Assembly: GCA_951406725.2 (NCBI GenBank)
Contig: OX597822.1
Coordinates: 20,894,001 to 20,958,000, forward strand
Direction: 5' to 3'
Origin: Octopus vulgaris
Taxonomy: Eukaryota
Length of the DNA stretch: 64,000 bases
Under the pieces are notes generated by a model that had not been told where the DNA came from, searched no databases, and saw only the letters and a list, made by a program, of their open reading frames with translations. A program made the position numbers and the translations under genes. Positions 29,319-42,130 of the stretch are shown piece after piece (the first letter of the stretch is position 1; each line of letters opens with the position of its first letter).

Positions 29319-29490
29319 CATATATACGACAGGCTTCTTTCAGTTTCTGTCTACCAAATCCACTCACAAGGCTTTGGGCTGCCCGAGGCTATAATAGAAG
29401 ACACTTGCCCAAGGTTCCACGCAGTGGGACTGAATCCGGAACCATGTGGCTGGTAAGCAAGCTACTTACCACAGAGCCACTCCTATGCCT
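29055..29490 (-). mobile_element. tRNA-derived SINE with internal (TA)n
   Basis: Head AGGAGTGGCTCTGTGGTAAGTAGCTTGC..GGATTCAGTCCCACTGCG..TTGGGCAAGTGTCTTC; related copy at 22340-22770 (+). Confidence 0.8.
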
Positions 29491-30564
29491 ATACTTAACT
29501 ATATAACTGTAAACAGGTGTACGTTTGTGATGTATATACATATTCATGTATAACAACAGACAACCGTATACACACGTGCATCTATTTATGACATGATACA
29601 TTTAATGTAAGTAAACTACCATTGTGAAACTTGTTGCTGTGAAACTTTAAGCAGAAGTAAATACATTTTGTTATTCTCTTTGTGCTCAAAAAATTAAAAG
29701 AGATTGTCTTGGCTTGTTTCACAGTTTGTTGGTCTCTCACCATGCTCAAGTGGCCCTCATTCCTTTGCATATTTAAATCAATAAATCAGTTACTAACTTG
29801 AATGTACTTGTAATGGCAAGACAAAGTTGCATATCATACTCATACATTTATGTATTTGATGGCAGAGTGATCAAATAATGTGTGTGTGTGTGTGTGTGCG
29901 TGTGTGTGAGTTGATTTGTCTTAGCTCTAAAGAAGATATCTTGTGTGGGTGTGGTTCCCTATATTTTCACTTGATAAAATTGAGTTATGAATGCTCCCAA
30001 ATGCATATCTGAAACAGCTGCAAGCCTACAATAAATAAACAAATAAAAGTGTACAACCCCTTATTTCTGTCTATATATAAATATTTTATAATTATAAACA
30101 TAATTATAATTAGGGTTCATCTAATTGTTTCACCACAAACCGAATTTAGAAATAGGAGTTAAAATAAATTCCTTTTCTACTACTCTAAGAATCTCCATGA
30201 CGGTAAACATACTTTTTTACAAAGGCAATGAGAAAAACAATGAATCATCACGACCAGGATTAACTATATACACGTTTCGATATTAAAGTGATTTAAATTT
30301 TGCTTCCTTCTCTCTTCAGAGTAATCGTGATAATAGATTGGCAGAATCCTTAAAGCATCAGACAAATTGTCTTTTGGTACTAAGTTACTGCTTTTCTGAG
30401 TTCAAATGCCAACATGGTCAACTTTGCCTTTCATTTTTCAGAGAATGATAAGACAAAGTATCTGTTAAGTACTGGGGTTGGTGTAATTGACTTTCCCCTC
30501 CCTTCAAAATTGCTGGTCTTGCACGAAGATTAGGAATTATTATCATTATTATTATTATTACTCA

Positions 30565-30737
30565 CGGAGTGGTTGACTACACTCACAGAGTGGTTGGCGT
30601 TAGGAAGGGCATCCAGCCGTAGAAACATTGCCAGATCAGACTGGGCCTGGTGCAGCCTTCTGGCTTCCCAGACCCCAGTTGAACCGTCCAACCCATGCTA
30701 GCATGGAAAGCGGACGCTAAACAATGATGATGATGAT
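30565..30737 (+). mobile_element. SINE/LINE 3'-tail repeat ending in (ATG)n
   Basis: GGCGTTAGGAAGGGCATCCAGCCGT..CCAACCCATGCTAGCATGGAAAGCGGACG..ATGATGATG. Confidence 0.75.
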
Positions 30738-31393
30738 TACTACTACTTTTGTTTGATATTTTAATCTGTTTCTTGAAGTGAAGAATTTTTCTCATACAAC
30801 TGTATGGAAAACTGTTTTGTATTTTTAAACTTATTCATACATAGAAAACTTCAAAGAGTCTGGAGAGTTTCCCCACCATTCAAGGTTTAGTAAAAAAAAT
30901 GTGAGGTTATTTTTGTTATACAAATTATATTTTTTTCCACTCTGTCTACATACAGAAAATATAGCTACAATATTTCCCAGCCATGCCTTCCATAACAAAA
31001 CAAAAAACAAAACAAAAACAAATCAGGACTAAGATTATCACATACAGAAAACACATGCAAAAGAAAATGAACATGAAAATTACTTTACAGTAAGACACAT
31101 AAGTCAAAGAAAATCGATGTCAATTCCCTTAAAACACCATTAGTATGAACAATGTTAGCAATATTTTTTATATTTAAAAAAAAAACACCAATGACAACAC
31201 AATATTCACACAAATGCATACAGTGTCAAGTGAAAAAAGTACTCCTGAGAATGGTAATTTTTCATGTTACCAGTGAAACAGAGAGATCTGAAAACACCAA
31301 ACTTGATGAAAAAAGTAATGGTCTGGAAACATTATGTTAAGTCACCGTTTTCCCTTATCTGAAATGTATATCCAAGGTTTAGTAAGGAGAAAA

Positions 31394-31432
<39 letters not shown>

Positions 31433-31434
31433 TA

Positions 31435-31876
31435 CCATACCAAACAAAATGCTTTTGGGGATTTTTTCCAGCTGTTTGCTTTCTGAGTTCAAATTCCACC
31501 GGGGTCAACTTTGCCTTTCATCTTTTTGGAGTTGATAAAATTAGTGTCACATGAGAACTATAGTTAATGTCACCAACTAACACCCTCGCCAAGAATTTCA
31601 GTCTTTGTGCCTATGTTAGAATGGTGTTTTTCTATTATTATTACTATTATTATTATTATTCTGCGGCAAGCTGGCAGAAATGTTAGCACACTGGGCGAAA
31701 TGAGTTCAAATTCCGCCGAGGTCAACTTTACCTTTCATCCTTTTGGGGTCGATAAATTAAGTACCAGTTATGCACTGGGGGCGATGTAATCGACTTAATC
31801 CGTTTGTCTGTCCTTGTTTGTCCCTTCTGTGTTTAGCCCCTTGTGGGTAGTAAAGAAATAATAATAATAATAATAA

Positions 31877-31935
<59 letters not shown>

Positions 31936-32812
31936 GGCAGTGAGCTGGCAGAATTGTAAGCATTAGTGGCATTTCCATCATCTTTACATTCTGAATACAA
32001 AGTCCACCAAGGTTGACTTTGACTTTCATCCTATCAGGATCACTAAAATAAGTACCAGTTGAGTATTGGGGTTGATGTAATCCACTTAACCTCTCCCTCT
32101 GTAAAGTCTGTCCTTGTGCCAAAATTTGAAGCCATTATTATTATTATTATTATTATCATTATTATTACATGCTAATTTAATTAGCAGAGATATTATCTTG
32201 AGGTTTGATAGCAACAAGTCTCCATCAATCTCAAGAATCTTATGATTCTTGCAGAATACCACATTGTATTTCCCTGCAGGTCAACAATGTGAATCTCAAT
32301 TTCAATATCTTTCATTTCTTAGGTAGTAGTTTGGGTGTTGTGCCAAGTGCACCAATAACCACATGGAAAATAAAATTGAATTTATTATTATTCTTGTTGT
32401 TGTTGTTAAATTATTATGGTAATTGGCAGAATTGTTTAGTGTAAGTCAAAATGGTTTGCTGTATTTAGTTAATAGTGCATTACTTTCTGAGTTTAAATTC
32501 TTCTACAGTCAACTTTGCCTTTCACCCTTTTGGAGTTGGTTGAATAAAATGCTCGTAATGTAAGGGCTTGGTGTGATCATCTATTGCTCTCACTTCGAAA
32601 ACTGTTGACCTTGTACCTAAATTCAAAGCAAGAATTGTTAGTGTGTCAGAAAGATATCTTTCAGCCCTTATTTTGAATTGGATCAGTTTAAATCCTGCTA
32701 AGGTCAACTTCGCTTCAGTGCTTTCAAGGTTGATATAATATAATACCAGTCCAGTATTCAGGTTGATATTATTGATTCCTCTCAAAAATTACTGGCCTTG
32801 TGCTTAAATCAT
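31435..32812 (+). mobile_element. Cluster of about five same-orientation Nin-domain-like SINE copies, mostly separated by (TTA)n
   Basis: Repeated GAGTTCAAATTC..GGTCAACTTTGCCTTTCATCC..GATAAA..AGTACCAG blocks near 31490, 31700, 32000, 32490 and 32690. Confidence 0.8.
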
Positions 32813-32818
32813 AAATTT

Positions 32819-33221
32819 TCCTCCTCCTCTCCTTCCTCTTTCTACTCTTCCTCCTTCTTTTCCTCCTCCTCCTTCTTCTTTTCCTTCTCCTCCTCCTCCT
32901 TCTTTTCCTTCTCCTCCTCCTTCTTCTTCTTCTGCTTCTCCTTCTCCCCCTCCTCCTCCCTCACATCCTTCTCCTCTCTCTCATCCTCCTCTTCAGCATC
33001 ATCACCTTCTTCTTTTTCTTCTTCTTCTCCTTCTCCCCTCCTCCCCCTCACATCCTTCTCTCTCCCATCCTCCTCTTCAGCATCATCACCTTCTTCTTCT
33101 TCTTTTTCTTCTTCTGTTTCTCCTTCTCCCCTCTCCTCCCTCATATCCTCCTCCTCCTCCTCCCTCACATCCTTCTCTCTCCCATCCTCCTCCTCAGCAT
33201 CATCACCTTCTTCTTCTTCTT
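32819..33221. repeat. CT-rich low-complexity tract with three internal direct repeats
   Basis: CCCTCACATCCTTCTC..CATCCTCCTC.TCAGCATCATCACCTTCTTC occurs three times. Confidence 0.9.
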
Positions 33222-33458
33222 GATGGCAGTAGTAGTAGTAGTTTACCTGTATTGTTAAAAACACATTAATTATAGAGAAAGTTTTGTCAAGAGATAAAAA
33301 AAACAAAGGTTCTGTACGACATAATGTTTAATACAGATATTTTATCCACTATAATTTATGGACTATTTGCAAAAGGTCAAAAGGTGGAAGAATTGAAGAC
33401 AAAATACGCTTAGTGTATTTTTTAATATGCATGTGCACATAAATGCATATGCATATAT

Positions 33459-33970
33459 ATATAATAAAAGTGAAATTCTGTCTGTCCATCTGAGACCCCT
33501 GTATCTCAGTCTACATGTGCTCTAGACATACCATTTTGGAATCAGGATGATCCTGGGATTGAAAATCTGTCTTTCATTTGATTCTTGAACATCCAGCATT
33601 GGGATCTGATTTAAAAGCATTTGGGTTGCTATTTCTAGCATGTAAAGCTTAGCTGATTTGCACCATCTTGGTTGGTGTTTACTAGATGACATCAGTGATC
33701 AAGGGGGAGATAAATGAATTTACTTTGTTAATTTTACATTGAGATAAGAACTTTGGGACAAATTGGCCAACAGTTGAAATTCAACTTGGGACTGGAACAA
33801 TAGAAAGATTGCATTACAGAATTAATTTTCATCTGTCCTCAACTTCTGATCAAACACCACACCAGGGCATATAGTCATTATAGGCATATTATAGTAACAG
33901 CATTTTGCTCTTAGTTTTGGGGTGCAGGAGCTAGCTTGGAAGTCCACACAGAGTGTGGCATTTAAGCTAG
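33459..33970 (+). mobile_element. Non-autonomous Helitron-like element
   Basis: 5' TATAATAAAAG..TCTGTCTGTC; 3' hairpin CCACAC-AGA-GTGTGG followed by terminal CTAG then T. Confidence 0.6.
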
Positions 33971-33988
33971 TATATATATATATATATA

Positions 33989-34542
33989 CTAGCAAAACGC
34001 CCCACCGTCCAATGGACATGCTGAGTTGTCAAAGATTTAAACCAAATTCTCTCAAAACAACTTGTCCGACTGTCCCGTAGGCCTCCTCTTTGAGAAACAC
34101 TGATTTAACCTAAATTTGAGACACCAGCAAAAGAAGAAATAAAGATAGACTTTTTTTCTATTCCAAAGAAAAACGATTTTATTCACACAAATAAGCAACC
34201 GAAGAGTTTAAAGTACCAGTAATGATAAGGCTGTTGACTGGGAGAACACAAACATGGTTTAAACAGTAAGCTTGGCAGGAAAGAAACGTGCCTTTAAGCA
34301 GTACAAAAACAAGAAAATGTGGAAGGTGCAGTTATGTACAGGTTGATGGAAGAAAAGCAGGACATAAATGGCTTTATCGATTGCATTCCCACCTGAAGTC
34401 GATTCTGTAATTTTTTCAAGACTTATAAACGCCCTGCTACCATCAGTATCTACGTATCAAATTTGAGCACAATCGGATGGAGGATGCCTGAGATCCTAGA
34501 AGACACACACACAGACAGACAGAATGGATTTTATATAATATA
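33989..34542 (-). mobile_element. Non-autonomous Helitron-like element
   Basis: Minus strand: 5' TATATTATATAAAATCC.TTCTGTCTGTCTGTGTG; 3' GTCCA-T-TGGAC palindrome followed by terminal CTAG then T. Confidence 0.65.
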
Positions 34543-36110
34543 TGTGTGTGTGTGTGTGTGTGCTTCAAAAATTGCAGTGTACATTTGTATATACTTGCAT
34601 CTGTGCATGTATGTACAACTTATGCTCTGTTTAAATCGTGAATTACTCTACAGTTTTGTACACTGTTACTGAAAATACATTTTTGATGATATCTGTCACT
34701 CCTTATTACACCTACTATTCCAATCCACTCTAATTTTTATTCTTTAACTCTTTTCCTCTTTGCTACTCTAGTCAAGTGTGACAGATAAACCCCTTACTCT
34801 TTAACAAATGTTCATTTTCTTCTATTATCACATACTTTTTGTTTGTTCTATGAAAGTAGGAGACTTTCATACTATCTCCTTAGCATACAGTGAATAAATA
34901 TACTAAGCTAATTATTTTATGTATGTAGATCATCATTATTGTTTTTGTTGTTGTTGTTATTATTATTGTTATCATCAAACTATTAAAATTTTACAATGTA
35001 TTCTGTATATTTTTTAAATCAACAATACACTATGTACTATCTCTGGCCATTCTGACTGCAATACTTTTTCTGGTCTCTTTCATTCTCTCTTACTCTCACT
35101 TTCTTTTATCCTCTCTCTCTCTTACTCCCAATCTCCTGCTCTCAGTCTCTGTCTGTCTGTCTCTCTCTCTCTCTCTCGCCCTCTCCCTCTCTCTCTCTCT
35201 CCCTCTCTCATTCATTGTTTTTTTCTTACTCTGTATAGCTCAAACAAGAAGAAACCATAACAAGAATTATCTTTTTATACTTTTTTCCTATTTGTTATTA
35301 ATTGTTTTGTTTTGAATCTTTTTTTTTATATATATTTCTTCTAATTTTTTTCTCTTTCTATTTTTCTTTTAGGTAAACAATGATTAACTTCTGACAATCT
35401 TCATTGTATATTATATACAGTGTCTGATGTTCTCTACCCTGGAGACAGTCAGTCCTGCAATAAGTTGTTTTTTTGATACAGTAAGTCTATAGCATTTAAA
35501 AATAATAATAATAATGATAACAGAAAAAAAAAATGCCGAAAAAAAAAACAAGTAAATGATTAATAAAAGAAATGAAAAAATATTTTTCTCTTTCCCATTA
35601 TCATTGATATTATTGATAATAGTGATTTGTGAGAGAGTACATTCTGTTTGGTTTATGTTATCAAATAGTTAGGGCCCTTTTTGTCTTTATGCACTTTTTA
35701 TATTGTTTCTCTATATTTTATATTATTTCTATGTGCATATGTATGACTTTGAGTATGTGTTTGGTAATGAATATGTGTACATGTGTATGTGTGTGTGTGT
35801 TGTGGGATCGTCTATATTTATTTTGTCCAATGTAACTGAAAGATATGCCTATGAAGACCTGTGTGTGAGCATGTGTGTTTGTGTGTGTATGTGTTCGTGC
35901 TTATGTGTATGTACGTATGTGTATTCATGTAGAAATAAAAAAGATTAAGACTCTCCCATTTCAATGTTGTGTATTTTAATATATATTCAAAGAATTAGAG
36001 AACACTAGTGAAACCATTTAAAATAAGACTGATTATACATGCACACACAGATATATATGAATATTTACACACATAGTTATGAAATATATAAAGTGTATTT
36101 GTGTAAATTT

Positions 36111-36145
<35 letters not shown>

Positions 36146-36464
36146 CCAAATGTATCTCTCTGCAATAGTCTATGTGTTAAATGTGTTTATACATGCTTTT
36201 TGTATGTAATTGTGTGTATGCTTGTATCAACATGCCAGAGAAATACATTCAGAAATACACACTAATATTCATTTTTTTATATTTCTATCCATTTACTATT
36301 CACATAAACTGTTCAGTTGTCCAGTTTATTAAGCAGAAAATGGAGAAATCTTAATCAACAACAATTGACTAACATTGATTATTATTTTTTTAATATATAA
36401 CTTTATCTCCCATCTAACAGCCGTTTCTGCTTCCATTGTCCTTTGGTGTTGCCATTGAATGTAT

Positions 36465-36539
<75 letters not shown>

Positions 36540-36683
36540 CACATGCATACAGCTAACATGTAGCATTTATCTTTTGTACCCATGCATTCACAAAGCAACA
36601 GTGTCTGCTCTATAACATTACATAAACCAATATGTACAATGTATGATGTAATCTCTTAGGCATTCTCTATTTTGAAAATATAA

Positions 36684-36754
<71 letters not shown>

Positions 36755-38692
36755 TAAATGTATAATATATACATATGTACACACACACTCATGCACACAC
36801 ACACCTGATATATATGATATATATATAATTGGGAGTTGTTTGTTTACATATCCAAAAGCCACGAAACCATATATATTATTATTTGCAATCTCAGAGGGAA
36901 GACTTACATAACATTCATTATGAGAAATTCCAGTGAAATCTTTCTGCAGCCATAACCTCATACCAATCAAGAAAGAGTTGTAATGGCAATCTTTCTCTTT
37001 CTCTTCTCTCTGTCTCTGAAATAACAAAATAGAGAAAGAAATAAAGAATAAGAAACAAACATGCAGAATGAAGAAAGAGGGAGGAGGCTAATAGAAATTA
37101 TTGTGGTAATACATTTGTGCAATGTTAAACTCTATGTTTTTCCTCCTTCAGTTTCTCTTTAATCTTTCTGCTTTTCATTTTCATTCAACAGAGAGAGGTT
37201 GAATGAGAGACTTTATATATATAGAGAGAGATAGAAAGAGAGGGACGGATGTTATGAAGATAATGGTAGTGGTATGTTTATGTGATGTTAAACCCTGTTT
37301 TTCTTCCTCCTTTAGCTCTCTTTGATGTTTTCATTTTTCTCTTTGTTGCACATGAGGGGAGGCAAGGACTTCCAGTATAGCTATATAAATAACAATATGT
37401 GTGAATTTTGATTACCCGGAGATTACTCTTATACAGATATTATATAACTATTTGCTGAAACTCTGGGACCTTATAGATCATATACTTTACACAAGAGAGT
37501 CAAAGAGATATAGCCTATGAGGGAGAAGAGAGTGATAGTAATATTACCATCAGTTTGAAACCCTTACTGAGTGAACTAGTTATCTAGTTTACATTGCATT
37601 TTATTTTCTGTGCGAATGTGATATGGAGTTCACCTCAAAATGATTCTGTTGTGTTTCATTACCTAACAATGAGTATTTATATGGATTACCGTTGATTGAA
37701 ATTCAGAAAAAGCTCTGTAGATTTATGACATGTATCTCAAGCAGACACTGCTGTAAAATTCTTTTGTATTCAGTGCATATTCTACAGCAGAATTGTTCTG
37801 CATTCAGTGAATGCACATTTTACGCATTTTTAATCATATACTGTTGGAAAAGAATACAGATTTATATTTAGAGCAACATTGAATAACATATCAAAATACA
37901 TTAACACTATATTTATCTCTAAATTTCTAATATATATATATATATTCAGTGTAATATATATATATTTAGTGTAATTCCAAAGGGCCATTTATCTTTCCAG
38001 CTGTATACATTTATTGATATGTGTTGGACTCACCCAAATTGAAGAACAAACATATTCAAAACAACAATTTATTGGAAGCAACTTCCTGAGAGGATTCAGT
38101 TCTGGTTAGAATGTTGTGTGCATTTCATTTCATTTACCCTTCATTGTCAATTTTGATTACTGCCCCAAAATCTTTGACTGAATTCATGATGGTCTACACA
38201 AAATTTTTTTTTTTCCTAATTAATTAATAATCTGATAAAAGATGTTGCATAACAATCTGTTTAGAACTACTGATAATAATACACTAAAGTGGTTTAGAAT
38301 ATTAGTTTCCTTTTACCTATGTTGGGAAATGAATCTGTATACATGCATAATCGTATGAGAATACATTGATCTTGTGGTTTGAGTGCTTGGCTTTGAATCA
38401 TAAATTCTAGTCTTTGATTCTTGAACTAAGCAGCATATTGTATCTTTGAGTAAAGTACTTCATTTCACATTGCTCTCGTTTGCTAAATGAGTATCAATCA
38501 AATACTGGTATGGCTCTCCATCCCTTTCCCCCCGCTCTCTTTCTGGCTGTCATATTCTTGAAGTTTCACTTTATCAAGATGGTGGGCTATGAGGGAGTCC
38601 ATATCTGCTTGTACATACATAAGTGCCTAAAACAATTTGCAAAATCATGGTACATGTCATACTCACTTGTAGTGATTACTAAGTTAAATACA

Positions 38693-38748
<56 letters not shown>

Positions 38749-39409
38749 ATGAAAATTATAAAAATTATGCAGAGTGATGGTTTTACCTGGTTATTCTATA
38801 TTTAAGGATTAGTTTCCATTTTCTGAGTATCATTACTCTTAAGGTATTAGCTATACATACCAAGTGGTTCTTTATAGAGCTGGTGTTGACTGTTGTGAAA
38901 AAAAAAAGGGATGAGACGGTTGGGTCATGCATTGAGAAAGGATGAAAGTAACTGGTGACAGATTTGAGGAAACTTAAGTAGAGGAAGAAGAACCCAAGTA
39001 AAATATGGCTAAATGTGATGGAAATAAAAACAGAGGAAAGAAAGCTTTGTGAGGAAGTATTTAGAATAGAAGTGAAAAGAGTTTTGTGAAGAGATATTTA
39101 GAATATAGAGATAGTGAAGGAAACTGACATCAGGCCACATGACTAAACCATATTTTAGCAAAGAAAATGGTTTCAAAAGTGCTTATTTTAGAAGGCTTTG
39201 GTCAACATGGGACAATGCAAGAAAACATTTTCCAAGGCACAGTATAACTGAACTTTGACCCATGTGACAGTAAAACCAAACTACTTAAAAACATGATCAT
39301 ACTTGTACACATTGAATTAAAGAAAACAATGGGGAGAATTTGTTGTTAGCAGTTTCTTTTAACCCGGATCATCTATGTGTCTCCATAAAAGAAAGTGTAA
39401 TACTTTTCT

Positions 39410-39826
39410 TATTTCTTTATTGCCCACAAGGGGATAAACATAGAGGGGACAGACAAGGACAGACAAAGGGATTAAGTCGATTAGACTGACCCCAGTGCGT
39501 AACTGGTACTTAATTTATCGACCCCAAAAGGATGGAAGGCCGAGTCGACCTCGGCGGAATTTGAACTCAGAACGTAACGGCAGACGAAATACCTATTTCT
39601 TTATTACCCACAAGGGGCTACACACAGAGGAGACAAAGAAGGACAGACAGACGGATTAAGTTGATTATATCAACCCCAGTGCGTAACTGGTACTTAATTA
39701 ATCGATCCCAAAAGGATGAAAGGCAAAGTTGACCTCAGCAGAATTTGAACTCAGAATGTAATGGCAGACAAAATACCGCTATGCATTTCGCCCAGCGTGC
39801 TAACGTTTCTGCCAGCTCACTGCCTT
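39410..39826 (-). mobile_element. Nin-domain-like SINE with tandem duplication of its 3' portion
   Basis: Head AAGGCAGTGAGCTGGCAGAAACGTTAGC; 39410-39592 is repeated at 39593-39777. Confidence 0.85.
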
Positions 39827-40644
39827 ATGTGTAATACTTTTCTGTGTAATACTGTGTAATACTTTTATGTGTAATACTTTTCTGGCTCTACATTTGTGTA
39901 ACAAAGCCAAGAAATAAGTCTTCATATTAATTTATGTGTTATACAATTTCTTAGGAGTGAAAATAGATGTATTTTTTAAGTCATGCAGTTTATGAGAGGC
40001 TGATGATTTAATACTATTGAAAATAATGTGCCATTAAGAAATTAAGATATATTGTAATCCTTACAGACAAAAGATGTGTGCAGCATCTTATTTAGAGTAA
40101 GAAGATCACAAAAGGTTGGCACTGATTGCTCGACACATGGTCCCTGAATATCCTTACAAGGAAGTCTTTAAATCGCAGTAGTTTTAGATCAATTGGTACT
40201 TAAAAGAATAATATATGAAATATAAAAAATAGTAATATTAGGGAAAAAATAAAGCAATATCCTAAGATTATTTTTTTTTATGATTACACACACACAGATG
40301 TATATATTATCATCCTCATTGCTTTTATTCATTCTCCATGCAGACATGTACTAGACAGATTACTGTTGCTCTCCTAGAACGATTGTAAATTAGGTTTGAC
40401 TTGGTTTCTATTGCTCGATGCCTTTCCTAAAACTACCCAGTTCATTGAGCATACTGAGTGCTTTTTTTCCTGGCACCTGGCATAACCACTAGAAACAATA
40501 GATGTGAAGCATGATGGATAATAGGAGGTGTCTGTGCTTGTGCATATATACATATATATATATTTCTTTATTGCCCACAAGGGGCTAAACATAGAGGGGA
40601 CAAACAAGGACAGACATATATATACATATATATATATGTATATA

Positions 40645-40705
<61 letters not shown>

Positions 40706-40711
40706 ATAATT

Positions 40712-41305
40712 ATTAATTGAGGGAATAAAATCCAAACTTACAAGGAAAAAAATTCAATTTAGAAATACTAAATCAAATTTCACACAATTTTATATATATA
40801 TATATATATATAAAAAAAATTAGAAAAAAAAACACCTTTTATCTAGAAAATTACATATAATAGAAATAATAAAAACGTATATAATAGGTATATAATATTA
40901 TATACCTATTATATGCGTTTTTATTATTATTTTTGCAATTTACTTATTCTTTACATTTTATTGTTATTTTAATTTTAACTTTTCTATTATATGTAATTTT
41001 CTAGAAGGTGTAATTTAATTGTTCATTTTGAATTGATAAAAGGTGGTTTTTCTCTAATTTTACATATATATATATACATAATATATGTTTTTATTATTAT
41101 TTGTTTTTTTTCTAATTTTACATATATATATACATAATACATGTTTTTATTATTATTTTTGCAATTTACTTATTCTTTACATTTTATTGTTATTTTAATT
41201 TTAACTTTTCTATTATATGTAATTTTCTAGAAGGTGTAATTTAATTGTTCATTTTGAATTGATAAAAGGTGTTTTTTTTCTAATTTTACATATATATATA
41301 CATAA
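40712..41305. mobile_element. AT-rich PLE-end-like repeat with internal tandem and inverted segments
   Basis: Start GGGAATAAAATCCAAACTTACA.GGAAAAA matches 47843-47870; about 40915-41075 is repeated at about 41140-41300. Confidence 0.6.
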
Positions 41306-41332
41306 TATATATATGTCTCTCTATCTATCCGT

Positions 41333-41530
41333 AATTATTTAGTTTTATTTCAAGATTTCTTGCCAGCAGAGAAAAAGCTGGTTTCTAACTTAGATCCAAA
41401 GCTCCTTTATTGGAATTTCAACATCAACAGGGTATTTTCGTATGTATGTATACGTGCAAATTTGTACGTTTTGTTTTATGTATGTCTTTTCACACATATA
41501 CTTGCATGTATATAAATACATGTGTATAAA
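41333..41530 (-). mobile_element. 3' end fragment of the R4/Dong-like retrotransposon
   Basis: AGTTTT.ATTTCAAGATTTCTT..TAGATCCAA.GCTC..TTGGAATTTCAACATCAAC matches 58735-58830. Confidence 0.75.
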
Positions 41531-41931
41531 CATGCATACATATATACATATAGACACAGAAAGAAATAAATTATGCTGAAAATGCAGTAAGTATATATGA
41601 AGATTTTTTTTTTGCTAAAAATATATAAATACACTTTACTGGTTTCACACTTGTATGATTTTAAAAATTGTACATTATGATGTAGTGGAGCTGTATTGCA
41701 AACTGCATTAATACAACTTGTGACACAGCTCGATGTTTCTCATAATGTACACTTTTGAAAATTATTCAAGTGTGAAACCAATTAAGTGTACATATATTTT
41801 TATAAATTTACTTAAAATCTCCATATACACTCGGAGCATTTTCAACTTCATTTTTTTTATTCTTTACTTCTACTTGCACGGATTAATAATGATTTATACA
41901 TACATACATACATACATACATACATTCATGC

Positions 41932-42130
41932 ATACCTACAGTAAACTATTGAGAAATCTGCAGTTACTCTGTCCAGATTACAAGTTCAAGTTTGTACCTG
42001 TAATTATAAGGGCATTGAGATATGTAACACACAGCCTAAATACTTATCTTGAGAATTAAGCTTCTTAAAATGAGAAAGGAGAAAGCTGATTCGAAGGCCA
42101 CAATTCTTTCAAAGGCACTGACTGGCATTG
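41932..42130 (+). mobile_element. R4/Dong-like RLE C-terminal fragment
   Basis: LLRNLQLLCPDYKFKFVPVII matches ORF 58961-59401; starts directly after (TACA)n. Confidence 0.8.

Noticed and set aside
32798-33306. E/K-rich 154-aa and S-rich 141-aa ORFs
   Set aside because: They arise from a CT/GA low-complexity tract; no domain or splice support.
36405-36460. GAAAC-GGCT-GTT on the minus strand resembling the 3' half of a hammerhead
   Set aside because: No CTGANGA box before the adjoining TA tract; incomplete.
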